IMG/VR virus record: IMGVR_UViG_3300012930_000006
Coordinates: 1-54,978 of that record
Direction: 5' to 3' (one strand)
Source of the DNA: a virus
Taxonomy: Duplodnaviria > Caudoviricetes
Length of the DNA: 54,978 nt
Part shown: piece by piece, positions 15,630 to 24,553 of the stretch
Layout of the letters: each line of letters starts with the position of its first letter
How positions within the stretch are numbered: the first letter of the stretch is position 1
Notes under the pieces: model-generated
Database searches by the model: none
Seen by the model: only the letters and a program-made list of their open reading frames with translations
Told to the model about the DNA's origin: nothing
Program-made: the position numbers and the translations under genes

Positions 15630-17155
15630 TCCGCGCACTAGTTGTTGCTGCGGTCGCTCTCCTTTATTTCTCAAGCGAGCCTGCGACGACGTGGATACAT
15701 GGAGGTTTTACTTTCGATTCCACGTGGACGTGCTGGCGCACGCAGGCGTCTGGAGCCTGCCCGTTCACGGCTGGTCAATATTTTAATGCGACTGGCGACG
15801 GATCAACTAATGATGATACGGCCCTGGCCGCCATGATCGCTTATGGTGCTGCGCATAATCCGTCTCAGTTAAAGCTGTATTGGGGAAATGGTACAAACAG
15901 CGTCTTGGGCGGCACCAACATCATCAATTGGAGCCAAGCCAATAACAACGGTGTGCAGAATCTTTTGATCTGGGCGTACGGAGGAAAGGTCGACTACATA
16001 AACGTAGGGTTTCAGGCATTTCAGCAAAACAACTCCACGAGTGCGGCCATCAATACCGTGTCTGCTGGAGCGACCGCGCTTGTGGTTAATGATGGGAACG
16101 AAGGGCTATTTTCGTCCGGAGACATGATCGCCCTCACAGCCGATTGCCTGGACTTTGCGACCGGCGGATATCCGCCGACGTTTCAATTTCATCAGATCGC
16201 AAGAGTGACTAGTCGATCTAGCACAACAGTTAACATCGATGTTTCGACGATTGCCGGATACAAATCAACATATCCTGTCTGCGCCTTGGGTGGCAGCATG
16301 GGTTCAGGCGGTCCAGCGCGCATTTTCAAACTCGATCCGAGTTATGATTCAAACGTGGAAATTCGCGGCCTCACGTTACTCAATCCTGGCGCTTCTCAAT
16401 GGAACATTAATAGTCGTGTCGCGACGCTTTACGATGTAACGTTTCTCAACAGCTCGATCGGACCGAGCGCCAATCAGAACTTCACCTCATTTAATGGTAA
16501 CTTCCCTGTCGGCGCCGAGATCGACAAGGATGCTGATACGATGACGATCTCTGGCGGCACGATTGGGCAAATAGCGGTCCAAAGTGCGAGCCCTACCACG
16601 CTTAATCTGTTGAATTTGGCCATCAGTTGTTCAGTGAACGGCACGGCAATCAATACTACCATCAGAAACTCGACTGTCACCGCCGGCAGTTGCGACGGCC
16701 GAATCGCGCCAGGGCCAACGGGCTACGGTGGCGCTCAATCCTTGGTGGTCGACACTGTCACGTTTCCGGTAGCTACTGCGGACGCATGCGAGGTCGAAAC
16801 CGCAAACGTGTCATTTAGCAGTGGCGTATTTTCGATGTTGAAGTCAAAAAGCAACGCGATCAAAGACACGTTCTTTCGCTGTTTCGTTCCTGGCTTCAAA
16901 TACAAATTTGCATGGCATAATGCGGTGACGTCCAACTGCACCCCGCTGGCCGAGTTCACGGTGTCGGATATCAGCGAGGATGGCAGCAACTACAATGCGA
17001 CGATCTCAAATTGCAGTTGGGGTTCGTGCTCTGGAGCACTTCCGACACCAAGCTGCTCGGGCTCGCCGACGACCTACAGCCTCTACAACTCTCTGGCAAT
17101 CACGCAGACGAATATGGGCGGCTCGCCGAGCCTGCTTGGCTTCGCGGCGCCCTGA
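15617..17155 (+). CDS. Beta-helix/pectate-lyase-like spike protein with signal peptide, 12 Cys (start possibly GTG 15626)
   Basis: IRALVVAAVALLYFSSEPATT leader and the tailspike start motif FNATGDGSTNDDTAL. Confidence 0.65.
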   Translation: MGSVIRALVVAAVALLYFSSEPATTWIHGGFTFDSTWTCWRTQASGACPFTAGQYFNATGDGSTNDDTALAAMIAYGAAHNPSQLKLYWGNGTNSVLGGTNIINWSQANNNGVQNLLIWAYGGKVDYINVGFQAFQQNNSTSAAINTVSAGATALVVNDGNEGLFSSGDMIALTADCLDFATGGYPPTFQFHQIARVTSRSSTTVNIDVSTIAGYKSTYPVCALGGSMGSGGPARIFKLDPSYDSNVEIRGLTLLNPGASQWNINSRVATLYDVTFLNSSIGPSANQNFTSFNGNFPVGAEIDKDADTMTISGGTIGQIAVQSASPTTLNLLNLAISCSVNGTAINTTIRNSTVTAGSCDGRIAPGPTGYGGAQSLVVDTVTFPVATADACEVETANVSFSSGVFSMLKSKSNAIKDTFFRCFVPGFKYKFAWHNAVTSNCTPLAEFTVSDISEDGSNYNATISNCSWGSCSGALPTPSCSGSPTTYSLYNSLAITQTNMGGSPSLLGFAAP

Positions 17156-17211
17156 GCGCAATGACGGAACATGCATGGACTCGATGTCCGTGCTACACTC
17201 CGGCATGACAT

Positions 17212-17360
17212 AGATTCGTCCGCACCACGAAACGGTGCACGGCATTTCGGACCCGCCGACCATAGGGCCCGTCGCAGGCGACCGCGATATGGCGCAGCGC
17301 TCCATCACAGACCGGGCGCATAAATGCGGTCTGCCGTCATCACGACGATACCGTGAATCT
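17212..17360 (+). promoter_or_regulatory. Structured leader of the scaffolding gene with repeated loop motif
   Basis: Enclosing AGATTC/GAATCT and ACGGCA/TGCCGT pairings; hairpin loops ACGAAAC, GCGATAT and ACGATAC. Confidence 0.5.
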
Positions 17361-17377
17361 GAAAGAGGTTTTCCATC

Positions 17378-18481
17378 ATGGCCATTCGTGAAGTGGATGC
17401 CGAGGCGATCGGCAATGCGATCATCGCAACCGAGAAGGAAATCGCGGGAGATCCGTGGGGAATCGAAGAGGCTACTCTCGACGAGACGGGTGACCGTACC
17501 GTCGAGATGATGGGCGAGGGCCTCGAGGGCCAGCACGAGCCGGATGACGACGATGACGAAGGCGACGAGGATGACGAGTCCTCGGAGGCATCGGAATCGG
17601 AGGAAGGCGAGGGCGAAGCCGGAGAGGCTGCGGACAAGAGCGCCGATGGCGAGGCCAAGCCGGAACCCAAAGAGGGTGACGGCAAGGAAAAGCCACTGGC
17701 CGAGGTCGCGCCAGATTCGCGCGACCGTGTGCCCGCACGGCGTCTGCGCGAGCAGACCGATCGGACCAAGGCTGTGGAGGCCGAGCGTGATGCGCTCCGG
17801 CAGCAGCTCGAGGCCGAGCGGTCCGATTCAAGGAAGCAATTCGACACGCTCAACTCGCGTTTCGATGCGGTCCTGACTCAGCTCAAGCCACCCGCTCAGC
17901 AGCAGAACGGCGAAGCCAAGCCATCTGCGGTTCCGGATTTCTTCGAAGATCCCAACGCGTTCATTGCGCACCAGACCAAGCCGCTGCTCGACACCGTCTC
18001 GCAACTCCGCAACGACCTTGCGGCGCAGCGGGTCGAGACCAGCATGGCGATGGCTCACAGCAAGCATGGCGACAAGTTCGCCAAGGCTTACGAGGCTGTC
18101 ACCAAGCTTGATCCGCGCAATCCCGACGACAGGGCAACGGTGCAGCGGATTTACAGTTCCGCCAGTCCGGGCGAGGCACTTGTCTCCTGGCACGGCCGTA
18201 ACGAAACCCTGCGTCAGGTCGGAGATGATCCCGATGCGTATGCCGCGCGCTTGCGTAAGGAAGAGCGTGAGGCATTGATGAAAGACCCCGAGTTCCGCAA
18301 GCAGCTTGTCGAGTCGCTGCAAGCGGAGGCATCCACGGGCGATAATGGCAGAGCACGCACCACAGTCCGACTCCCGAAATCGTTGAACGGCGCGGCCGGC
18401 GGAAATGCCGGACGCAATGTGGCTCAGTTCGAGCACGACGATTCGGACAAGTCGGTCGCTGACTCAGCTTGGCGCACGTAA
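17378..18481 (+). CDS. Scaffolding protein
   Basis: Very acidic N-terminus, RVPARRLREQ coiled coil, PDFFEDPNAF; directly before the capsid gene. Confidence 0.85.
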   Translation: MAIREVDAEAIGNAIIATEKEIAGDPWGIEEATLDETGDRTVEMMGEGLEGQHEPDDDDDEGDEDDESSEASESEEGEGEAGEAADKSADGEAKPEPKEGDGKEKPLAEVAPDSRDRVPARRLREQTDRTKAVEAERDALRQQLEAERSDSRKQFDTLNSRFDAVLTQLKPPAQQQNGEAKPSAVPDFFEDPNAFIAHQTKPLLDTVSQLRNDLAAQRVETSMAMAHSKHGDKFAKAYEAVTKLDPRNPDDRATVQRIYSSASPGEALVSWHGRNETLRQVGDDPDAYAARLRKEEREALMKDPEFRKQLVESLQAEASTGDNGRARTTVRLPKSLNGAAGGNAGRNVAQFEHDDSDKSVADSAWRT

Positions 18482-18590
18482 CCGCTTTTCGATCGATACG
18501 AAACAGGCTGCCGTGCGTCCACGGGCGCGCGTGAAAGCACAAGTTTCTCGGGAATAGCGGCAACGGCGCGGAACAGAAAGGACCGCGGCT

Positions 18591-19754
18591 ATGGCCGTAA
18601 CGAATACGCAAGCCAATAATGTCCTGATCAAATTCCGGAAGGACATCTATCGCGAGTATGTTCGCGAGAACCTGTTCTCGCCCTACATGGGGCAGGACCA
18701 GACGGCAATCATCCGGGTCATCACCGACCTCGACAAGGGCGGTAAGCAAGGTGGCGAACAGATCAACATTCCGTTGATCGCGCGCCTCAATGCGGCCGGC
18801 GTCGGCAAGGGCGTGTTGCGCGGAAATGAAGAGTCGATCGACAACTACGGACAGCGCATGTGGATCGACTGGTCGCGCAACGCGATCGTCATGGACAACG
18901 CCGAGGAGCAGCGTTCGTCCGTCGATCTCTTCGCCGAGGCCAAACCGATGCTTTCGGATTGGGGCAAGGAGAAGCAGCGCGACGAAATCTGTGACGGGCT
19001 CTATGCGCTGCCCTCGACCGCGGCACCGGCTGGCCTCGGTTCGCCGGCGGGGCAGCGGGTCAACGGTCTGCTGTTCGATGCTGCAACGGCGGCCCAGCGC
19101 AACACCTGGATCACCGACAACGCGGATCGCATCCTCGTCGGCAACTCCAACACCGCGAACCTCAGCGCCGGAAACTTTGCGGCGTCGATGCTCAACGTGA
19201 CGCCCGCGATGGTGATCTCGGGTGCTCTCGTCAACCGCATGAAGCGCTCGGCGAAGAAGGCCGATCCGCGCATCCGTCCCTTCAAGCTCAAGGAAAACGG
19301 AACGGAATGGTTCGTGCTCTTCCTCGGTCAGGAACAGTTCCGTGATGCGCAGAACGACGCCTCGATCCTCGCCGCCAACCAGAACTCGCGCGCCCGCGAA
19401 AATCAGGGTTATCTCAAGAACCCGATCTTCGTCGACGGCGATCTGCTCTACAACGGCGTGATCATCCGCGAGATCCCGGAACTCTCGACCAGGGCGCCGG
19501 TATTCTATACGACCGCCGGTCTCGGCGGAACGCGGATCGCGCCGGCTTTCATGTGTGGTCAGACCGCGATGGCGTGGTGCTGGGGCAAGATGCCGACGCC
19601 GACCTTCCTCAAGGAGGATGACTACCAGTTCCTCCGCGGGGCAGGCATCAAGATGGCATATGGTATCGGCAAGGTCGCGAAGCTCAGCCCCGCCAACCTG
19701 TTCAAGGAGTGGGGCGTGTTCACGGGCTTCTTCTCGGCTACCGCCGACGCGTAA
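18591..19754 (+). CDS. Major capsid protein (DUF4043/N4-gp56-like)
   Basis: 387 aa; YVRENLFSPYMG, DLDKGG..GEQINIPLIARL, LRGNEESID, NPIFVDGDLLYNGVIIRE and EDDYQF. Confidence 0.9.
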   Translation: MAVTNTQANNVLIKFRKDIYREYVRENLFSPYMGQDQTAIIRVITDLDKGGKQGGEQINIPLIARLNAAGVGKGVLRGNEESIDNYGQRMWIDWSRNAIVMDNAEEQRSSVDLFAEAKPMLSDWGKEKQRDEICDGLYALPSTAAPAGLGSPAGQRVNGLLFDAATAAQRNTWITDNADRILVGNSNTANLSAGNFAASMLNVTPAMVISGALVNRMKRSAKKADPRIRPFKLKENGTEWFVLFLGQEQFRDAQNDASILAANQNSRARENQGYLKNPIFVDGDLLYNGVIIREIPELSTRAPVFYTTAGLGGTRIAPAFMCGQTAMAWCWGKMPTPTFLKEDDYQFLRGAGIKMAYGIGKVAKLSPANLFKEWGVFTGFFSATADA

Positions 19755-19838
19755 TCCCGATCGGTCGAAACCGCGGCGCGCCGATGCTGGCGCGTCGCCT
19801 TACCTCATCATCATCTTCGGCCGAAGGAGGCCATCACA

Positions 19839-20351
19839 ATGATCCGCAACAAGTTGATCCGCGGCGCGCTGGCGTGTGCCATCGTCGCAGCCTCGGCGTG
19901 GGGCGCCATCGCGCTCAATGTCGATCAGAACCGCGTCATGCCGGCGCGGCAGAACGTGACCCAGCAGACGAACTACTATCGTCTGAAAATCAACTTCAAC
20001 GATCCGAACATCTCGCAGCCGCAAAAGTTCGGAAAGTTCCTGCAGAACACGTTCATCTCGAGCGTGTCGTGTCACGTCACCACGGCTTTCAACGCCGCGA
20101 CGACGAATATCCTCACGATCGGCACGAACCCGACGACCACGGGCGAGATCGTCGCGGTTGGCGGTGCCAACAAGACGATCAACCTCTCGTCGGCAACCTA
20201 CCAGTCGGTCACGGCCGCGGGATCTCTCGGCCTGTCGACGACAAGCGATGCCGACCATACGCTATATGCCGCTTACAGCCAGACCGGCACCGCGGCGACG
20301 GCTGGTGCGGCGACGTGCATCATCGAGTTCGTGCCGAACAACGACATGTGA
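19839..20351 (+). CDS. Capsid decoration/cement-like protein with signal peptide
   Basis: Directly follows the capsid gene; HVTTAFNAATTNILTIGT motif; leader MIRNKLIRGALACAIVAASAWGAIA|L. Confidence 0.7.
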   Translation: MIRNKLIRGALACAIVAASAWGAIALNVDQNRVMPARQNVTQQTNYYRLKINFNDPNISQPQKFGKFLQNTFISSVSCHVTTAFNAATTNILTIGTNPTTTGEIVAVGGANKTINLSSATYQSVTAAGSLGLSTTSDADHTLYAAYSQTGTAATAGAATCIIEFVPNNDM

Positions 20352-20373
20352 GATGGGTGCAAACCAGAGACGA

Positions 20374-20401
20374 CCCGGCGACTACGGCCGCCGGGGTTTT
20401 T
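20374..20401 (+). terminator. Intrinsic terminator after the capsid/decoration genes
   Basis: CCCGGCG-actacggc-CGCCGGG followed by GTTTTT. Confidence 0.65.
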
Positions 20402-20431
20402 CCCGATCTGTTTTCGATAAGAGGCTTTCAC

Positions 20432-20944
20432 ATGGCGACTGCGCCAAGAACTTCGTCTGATATCAGGAACGAACCCGCGTCATTGCTGCCGCCGGCCACG
20501 ACCGCGCCTAAAGAGGTGGGGTCGCCCGCAGCCGACAAAAAAGGGGAATCCGAACACGTCACATACCTTCCCTCGGAAGGAGACCCGATCAAGACGACGT
20601 GGATGGGCATTACGTTTCATGCGAATGTGCCGAAAGAGGTGACCAATCAAGCCTTGATCGCCAAGGCCAAGCAGAACCGGTTTTTCAAGGTCGGTGATTT
20701 CAACCCGGCGCGGGACCGCGTATCAGTCGAGAATACGCCGTTGCCAAAGACGTCGGAGCAGTACCGCGCGCACGCCGTCGCTTGGATCAAGACGGTCGAG
20801 AGCGTCGACGATCTCGACACCCGATGGCAGTCCGAAGAGACGCTGCGCATGCACTGCGGCGTCGGCACCGACGACATCGAATGGCTGCAGGATTTCCTCG
20901 GTCCGAAGCGTCACGAGCTCAAGAGACGTGGATTGCCGGGGTAA
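20432..20944 (+). CDS. Hypothetical head-associated protein
   Basis: RBS GAGG; VTYLP..GDP..TTWMGITFHANVPKEV..ALIAKAKQNRFFKV. Confidence 0.65.
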   Translation: MATAPRTSSDIRNEPASLLPPATTAPKEVGSPAADKKGESEHVTYLPSEGDPIKTTWMGITFHANVPKEVTNQALIAKAKQNRFFKVGDFNPARDRVSVENTPLPKTSEQYRAHAVAWIKTVESVDDLDTRWQSEETLRMHCGVGTDDIEWLQDFLGPKRHELKRRGLPG

Positions 20945-20950
20945 TCCGCG

Positions 20951-21346
20951 ATGGTCAGCGCATATCGTACGCAAAACGACCTCATCACCCAGACACTCAA
21001 GAACCTCGGGGTGATGTCGGCGGGCAATGCCGCCGACCCGGAGGATTTTGCGTATGTCAAAGAAAACGTCGACCCGACGATCCGGATGCTGGCGTCGCTC
21101 GACATCTGCTACATCGGCGACGTCGAAACCATTCCCGGAGAATTGTTCTCGGCGCTCGCCAATGTTCTCGCGGGCGAATGTGCGGACAAGTTCGGGTCGA
21201 CGACAGAGGATCGGATTTCGCTCAAGAACAACGGTCTAGGCGGCGCTGGAAACGTGCCTGTTGGTGCCGGGTCCGGCGCACAAATCCTCCGCCAGATCAA
21301 CCGCGGGCGCCCGACTTACGAGACGCTACGGACGATGTCGTTCTGA
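20951..21346 (+). CDS. Head-tail adaptor (P22 gp4-like)
   Basis: TQNDLITQTLKNLGVMSAGNAADPED helical pattern; position before the gp10-like gene. Confidence 0.7.
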   Translation: MVSAYRTQNDLITQTLKNLGVMSAGNAADPEDFAYVKENVDPTIRMLASLDICYIGDVETIPGELFSALANVLAGECADKFGSTTEDRISLKNNGLGGAGNVPVGAGSGAQILRQINRGRPTYETLRTMSF

Positions 21347-23082
21347 TGGCAACCGGAAGGCCGATCGACATTCCATGGCCGCTGTCGTCGTTTCCTGGCG
21401 CTATGCCGCAGGAATCGGCCGGTCGGCTCATCAACTGCTATGCCGAGCCGCTTGGACAAACTCAGGCCGGCACCGGCGGCCGAGCGACGAAAGAACCACA
21501 AGTCGTCTGGCGCGGATGTCCCGGGTTCACGCCGTTCGCGCTCACGGGACAGACCGGTTATCGCGGCGGGCTGATCGTCAATAACCTTTCGTATGAGTGC
21601 TATAAGGACAATGCTTCTACGGTAGATGCGGCCGGCGCCATTGCATCTCTTGGCAATTTTCCTGGAACCAAAAAGGTCTCGATCGCGCGCAATCAGGCGG
21701 CATCTCCGGACGTCGTTGCGGTCGACATCGACAATGGCGCGTTCACACTGTCCGGCGGCGGTGCGCCGACGGCGTATAACGGCGGCGGAAATCTGCCACA
21801 GCCCAATGGGGTGTGCTATCACCATGGGTATTTTCACTTCTCGATCGGTGACAATCGGATCTTTGCGTCTGGCATCAATGCGCTGACGCAGAACGCCAAC
21901 ACATTCACGACATGCAATGCAGTTGCGTCCGCCGCGTTGCTGCGACCGATTGCCTATGCCGACCTGGTGCTCGCGTTCACGACGGGCTCGATCGAAATCT
22001 ACCAGGACACGGCGCAGCCGACACCGGACTATCCCTACACGCGACTGCAGGTTCTTAATGTCGGCCTGCTGGAAGCAAATGCGATTGCGGGATTCGAGGA
22101 CACCTTTGCCGATCTGCTATGGGTGGCGCAAGACTTCGGTGTCTACCGCATGCCGCCCAACTCGATCGGTTACGACAAGGTGTCGCCTCCGGATCTCGAT
22201 CGCCTGATCGAAGCGCAGCACAAGCTCGGCAACACGCTCGAGGCATATTGCTACATCGTCCAGGGTAAGAAGTTCTGGGGCCTGTCGTGTCCCGACTGGA
22301 CGTGGGAGGTAAACCTAAGCACCCTCGGGAAAGGTGTGGGGTGGCACGAGCGATCATCAATCAACGCCGCTGGAAACTTCAAACGCTGGCGCGCATCGGG
22401 TGGTCACCCGGCGTTCGGCAAGTGGCTCATGGGCGACACGATGAGCGAGTATCTCCACTTCGTCGATGACACGATGAACGATGAGAACGGCGCGGTGTTG
22501 TTGATGCGGATGGAATCCGGATCGGTGTCGGATTTCCCGAATCGTCTAAGGGTGCCGAGAGCGGATTTCAATTTTGTGACCGGTGTTGGACAGCCGACGC
22601 GCACTCTGACGATGAACGTGATCGACGCGGTATCGGGAACGGGGAATCAAATCCGCCTTATGGTGCTGAGCACCGCGCGCCTTGTGAGCGGCGACAATGC
22701 GACGATCGCGAGCATTCTTGGCACTGTCGAGGCCAACGGGACGTGGCCACTACAGGTCATCAACGGGCAGAATGTCGAGCTTGTCGGCTCCGCCTTCGTC
22801 CATGCCTACGTCTCGGGCGGGACGCTGACCGATCTCACGACGCCGCCCAACGTCAAGGCGCCGACGGTCGAACTCACCTGGTCGGATGACGACGGCGTGC
22901 TCTGGCGTAACCCGCGTCAACAGCCGCTCGGCGAGATCGCCAAGGCCAGGACGACTCGCATCTCGGTCAAGCACACCGGTATGTCCGGACCTCAGGCGCG
23001 GCGGTGGAGACTTTCGATCTCCGATCCGGTATACCGTGGATTTCTGGGAGCGACGCAGTCAACCGATCCGAAGGATTTTTGA
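21346..23082 (+). CDS. Tail hub / packaged-DNA stabilization protein (P22 gp10-like)
   Basis: GRLINCYAE..., FTTGSIEIY, WHERSS, VELTWSDDDG..W..PR..PLG, RRWRLSISDPV. Confidence 0.85.
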   Translation: MATGRPIDIPWPLSSFPGAMPQESAGRLINCYAEPLGQTQAGTGGRATKEPQVVWRGCPGFTPFALTGQTGYRGGLIVNNLSYECYKDNASTVDAAGAIASLGNFPGTKKVSIARNQAASPDVVAVDIDNGAFTLSGGGAPTAYNGGGNLPQPNGVCYHHGYFHFSIGDNRIFASGINALTQNANTFTTCNAVASAALLRPIAYADLVLAFTTGSIEIYQDTAQPTPDYPYTRLQVLNVGLLEANAIAGFEDTFADLLWVAQDFGVYRMPPNSIGYDKVSPPDLDRLIEAQHKLGNTLEAYCYIVQGKKFWGLSCPDWTWEVNLSTLGKGVGWHERSSINAAGNFKRWRASGGHPAFGKWLMGDTMSEYLHFVDDTMNDENGAVLLMRMESGSVSDFPNRLRVPRADFNFVTGVGQPTRTLTMNVIDAVSGTGNQIRLMVLSTARLVSGDNATIASILGTVEANGTWPLQVINGQNVELVGSAFVHAYVSGGTLTDLTTPPNVKAPTVELTWSDDDGVLWRNPRQQPLGEIAKARTTRISVKHTGMSGPQARRWRLSISDPVYRGFLGATQSTDPKDF

Positions 23083-23084
23083 GC

Positions 23085-23366
23085 ATGGCAGATCAGGGTC
23101 TAGACGGTTCGATTCAACCGTTCAATGCGGACGAGAAGTTCACCGACTACGACGAATCGAGAACGAAAGTCGTACGAATCGCGCCGGCAAAAACCGATGC
23201 AGAAAATGCGGCAAAAATTCGGGGCGAGATCACTTTCGAGCTCGAAAAGATGTGCAAGATGATCGACTCCGCAAAGGCGTCGGGATTCGATGTTGCGTTC
23301 CAATTGGCGAAGGATGGCCTTGGTCGCCAGTTCATCAACAGCCTGTTGATATCGAAGCCGTTCTGA
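23085..23366 (+). CDS. Hypothetical protein
   Basis: ATG 2 nt after the previous stop; tightly packed. Confidence 0.55.
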   Translation: MADQGLDGSIQPFNADEKFTDYDESRTKVVRIAPAKTDAENAAKIRGEITFELEKMCKMIDSAKASGFDVAFQLAKDGLGRQFINSLLISKPF

Positions 23367-23367
23367 C

Positions 23368-23613
23368 ATGGCGCAGACCGCAACCACAACGCTGCCGCCG
23401 CTTCCGCCTCCGGCGCTTCCGTGGTTCGATCCGCGGACCGGCCTGCCAAATGACGTGTTTCGGAATTGGTGCGCGTCGGTCGATCGGATCTTTCGCGCCG
23501 GTCAACTCGGTACGTTGGTCAATGCGGTGAACGACGCGGCGGCCGCGGCGGCTGGCGTGCCGGTAAGTGGCTTGTATCGAAATGGATCGACCGTCCTCAT
23601 CAGGGTAATTTGA
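23368..23613 (+). CDS. Small tail protein (gp26-like position)
   Basis: PWFDPRTGLPNDVFRNW and NDAAAAAAGVPVSGLYRNGS motifs. Confidence 0.6.
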   Translation: MAQTATTTLPPLPPPALPWFDPRTGLPNDVFRNWCASVDRIFRAGQLGTLVNAVNDAAAAAAGVPVSGLYRNGSTVLIRVI

Positions 23614-23623
23614 GGATCAAATT

Positions 23624-24544
23624 ATGCCTAATGGTGCGGGTTACGCGGATGCACTTCAACCGTTTGTGACGGGACGTTCTGACGTACAGGACACACCCAG
23701 ACCTTATGTTGGAGCAATACAACCATTCATTGGTTATTCTGACGGAATTACAACGCTTGGAAATGTTCAAGGAAATATTAACGAGCAACTTGGTTCCATT
23801 TGGGGTGGAATAAAAAATATAGGTAGAAATTTAGGGCAGGGTTTAGCGGATACTGGTCAAGCCCTCACAAGCCCCCCGATTCGGCCGCCGGCCGGTTCTA
23901 TCACCAACGACGCTGGGTTTATCTCTCAGGGGGGCGCGCGACCAGAGGAATGGCAGGCATTTGTGCGAGACCAAAAGTTGAGAAATGATCTAGGTCCGAG
24001 TATTGCATTGGGAATGATCGGTAGTGGAAGCCCATTTTCTGCTCGAGGTTCCCTTGGAGTGGCTGGCGGAAAGCTTACACGCTCTGAAATGGATACAATT
24101 CGAGATGCGCGTTTTGAAAACAAGATCAAAGAAGAGCCAACCCAGATATTTAAAGATTTTATGACGGGCGATACGCCGGTGAGATCGATCGAAGAGTCAG
24201 GGGCTTCGGCTGAGCGCCTGGCCGCGACTCATCGTCAATTGAACGCTGAAACTGCGGGACGTATTGATGAAATCAAGATGGATAATATCGCTAAGTCCGA
24301 TCAAATTGGTGGAATTGTCGGACGACATCTCAAGAATCTCTACGAGGCTGGAGTAAATAGAGAAAAGTTCGAGAATGTGCTTCAGGGGATACGAGAAGAT
24401 AAATCAATTTCTGCGGCAGATTTACGGACCATCTCGCAGACTTACGGGAATCATGTTTACAAAGGCTCAAAAGAAGCCATGCTAGACCAGATTGAGAAAT
24501 CGTTCATCCGAGATGCGCGTTTCATGAACAAGATAGGCCAATGA
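23624..24544 (+). CDS. Hypothetical protein, AT-richer, internal repeat
   Basis: 306-aa ORF with IRDARFENKI / IRDARFMNKI repeat. Confidence 0.6.
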   Translation: MPNGAGYADALQPFVTGRSDVQDTPRPYVGAIQPFIGYSDGITTLGNVQGNINEQLGSIWGGIKNIGRNLGQGLADTGQALTSPPIRPPAGSITNDAGFISQGGARPEEWQAFVRDQKLRNDLGPSIALGMIGSGSPFSARGSLGVAGGKLTRSEMDTIRDARFENKIKEEPTQIFKDFMTGDTPVRSIEESGASAERLAATHRQLNAETAGRIDEIKMDNIAKSDQIGGIVGRHLKNLYEAGVNREKFENVLQGIREDKSISAADLRTISQTYGNHVYKGSKEAMLDQIEKSFIRDARFMNKIGQ

Positions 24545-24553
24545 GGTTCTAAC

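Noticed and set aside
4782-20951. Genome-wide TAA recoding, since several TAA stops (4784, 14870, 19754, 20944) are in frame with the next gene
   Set aside because: The count is compatible with chance, other TAA stops (1396, 18481, 31294) are out of frame, and at least the 4800 and 19839 genes have their own RBS.
19709-21345. Long N-terminal extensions of ORFs 19709-20944 and 20782-23082
   Set aside because: They overlap better-supported genes; the likely starts are 20432 (RBS) and 21346 (TGATG coupling).
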